A stretch of DNA of 34,187 nt from Chiloscyllium plagiosum (Eukaryota), in contig NC_057718.1 in NCBI RefSeq assembly GCF_004010195.1, forward strand, positions 33,428,699-33,462,885. Reading direction: 5' to 3'. The notes under the pieces are model-generated. The model saw only the letters and a program-made list of their open reading frames with translations, was not told where the DNA came from and did no database searches. A program made the translations under genes and the position numbers. Below are positions 33,749-34,187 of the stretch, piece by piece; the stretch's first letter is position 1, and every line of letters begins with the position of its first letter.

Positions 33749-34187
33749 ACTGCCCACTCGACCATGACCCCATCCCCCATCACCAAACCATCATCTCCCA
33801 GACCATACAGAACCTCATCACCTCAGGAGATCTCCCACCCACAGCTTCCAACCTCATTGTCCGGGAACCCCGCAATGCCCGGTTCTACCTCCTTCACAAG
33901 ATCCACAAGCCTGACCACCGTGGCCGACCCATTGTCTCAACATGCTCCTGCCCCACTGAACTTATCTCTACCTACCTTGACACTGTCCTATCCCCCCTAG
34001 TCCAGGAACTCCCCACATACATTCAAGACACCACCCACGCACTCCACCTCCTCCAAGACTTCCGTTTCCCCGGCTCCCAACGCCTCATCTTCACCATGGA
34101 TATCCAATCCCTATACACCTCCATCCGCCATGACCAGGGCCTCCAAGCCCTCCGTTTTTTCCTCTCCAGACGTCCCCAACAGTACCC
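33742..34187 (+). pseudogene. PLE reverse transcriptase fragment, stop-free frame to window end (absent from the ORF track)
   Basis: Frame from 33742: SSYCPLDHDP..ARFYLLHKIHKPDHRGRPIVSTCSCPTELISTYLD..LPTYIQDT..LIFTMDIQSLYTSI. These are PLE/telomerase-like RT motifs 1, 2 and A. No start codon, and fused to an inverted 3' piece. Confidence 0.93.

Noticed and set aside
205..34000. ORF-track entries as host genes
   Set aside because: All are short and either overlap repeats (often off-frame or antisense) or lack recognisable domains. I could not build a coherent exon chain. Small exons of a large gene cannot be excluded.

Overview
Gene-poor, AT-rich vertebrate DNA, almost certainly from a shark or other elasmobranch (inferred from HE1-type V-SINEs and the CR1 repertoire). 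I recognise no host protein-coding exon. The ORF track is mostly noise plus decayed retroelement frames. About half of the window is retroelement debris: CR1, L2-like and Rex1/Babar LINEs, tRNA-derived SINEs, and about ten insertions of Penelope-like elements (PLEs, Neptune-type RT + GIY-YIG) from 2-3 families. The main signal is in the PLEs. Their terminal repeats carry minimal type-I hammerhead ribozyme motifs (CUGAUGA-stem II-GAAA-palindromic ACGU/AGCU-NUH) with compensatory stem changes between copies. Many copies are truncated or inverted at the ribozyme, giving TSD-flanked ~190 bp palindromic mini-elements. There is also a twin-priming-like inversion joining a PLE 3' end to an open RT frame that runs off the window. 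Several very recent local templated duplications are present. Three low-GC but CpG-retaining unique blocks look like unmethylated regulatory DNA or conserved non-coding elements. Repeat-family names come from motif recognition, not database searches, and the boundaries of old repeats are approximate.
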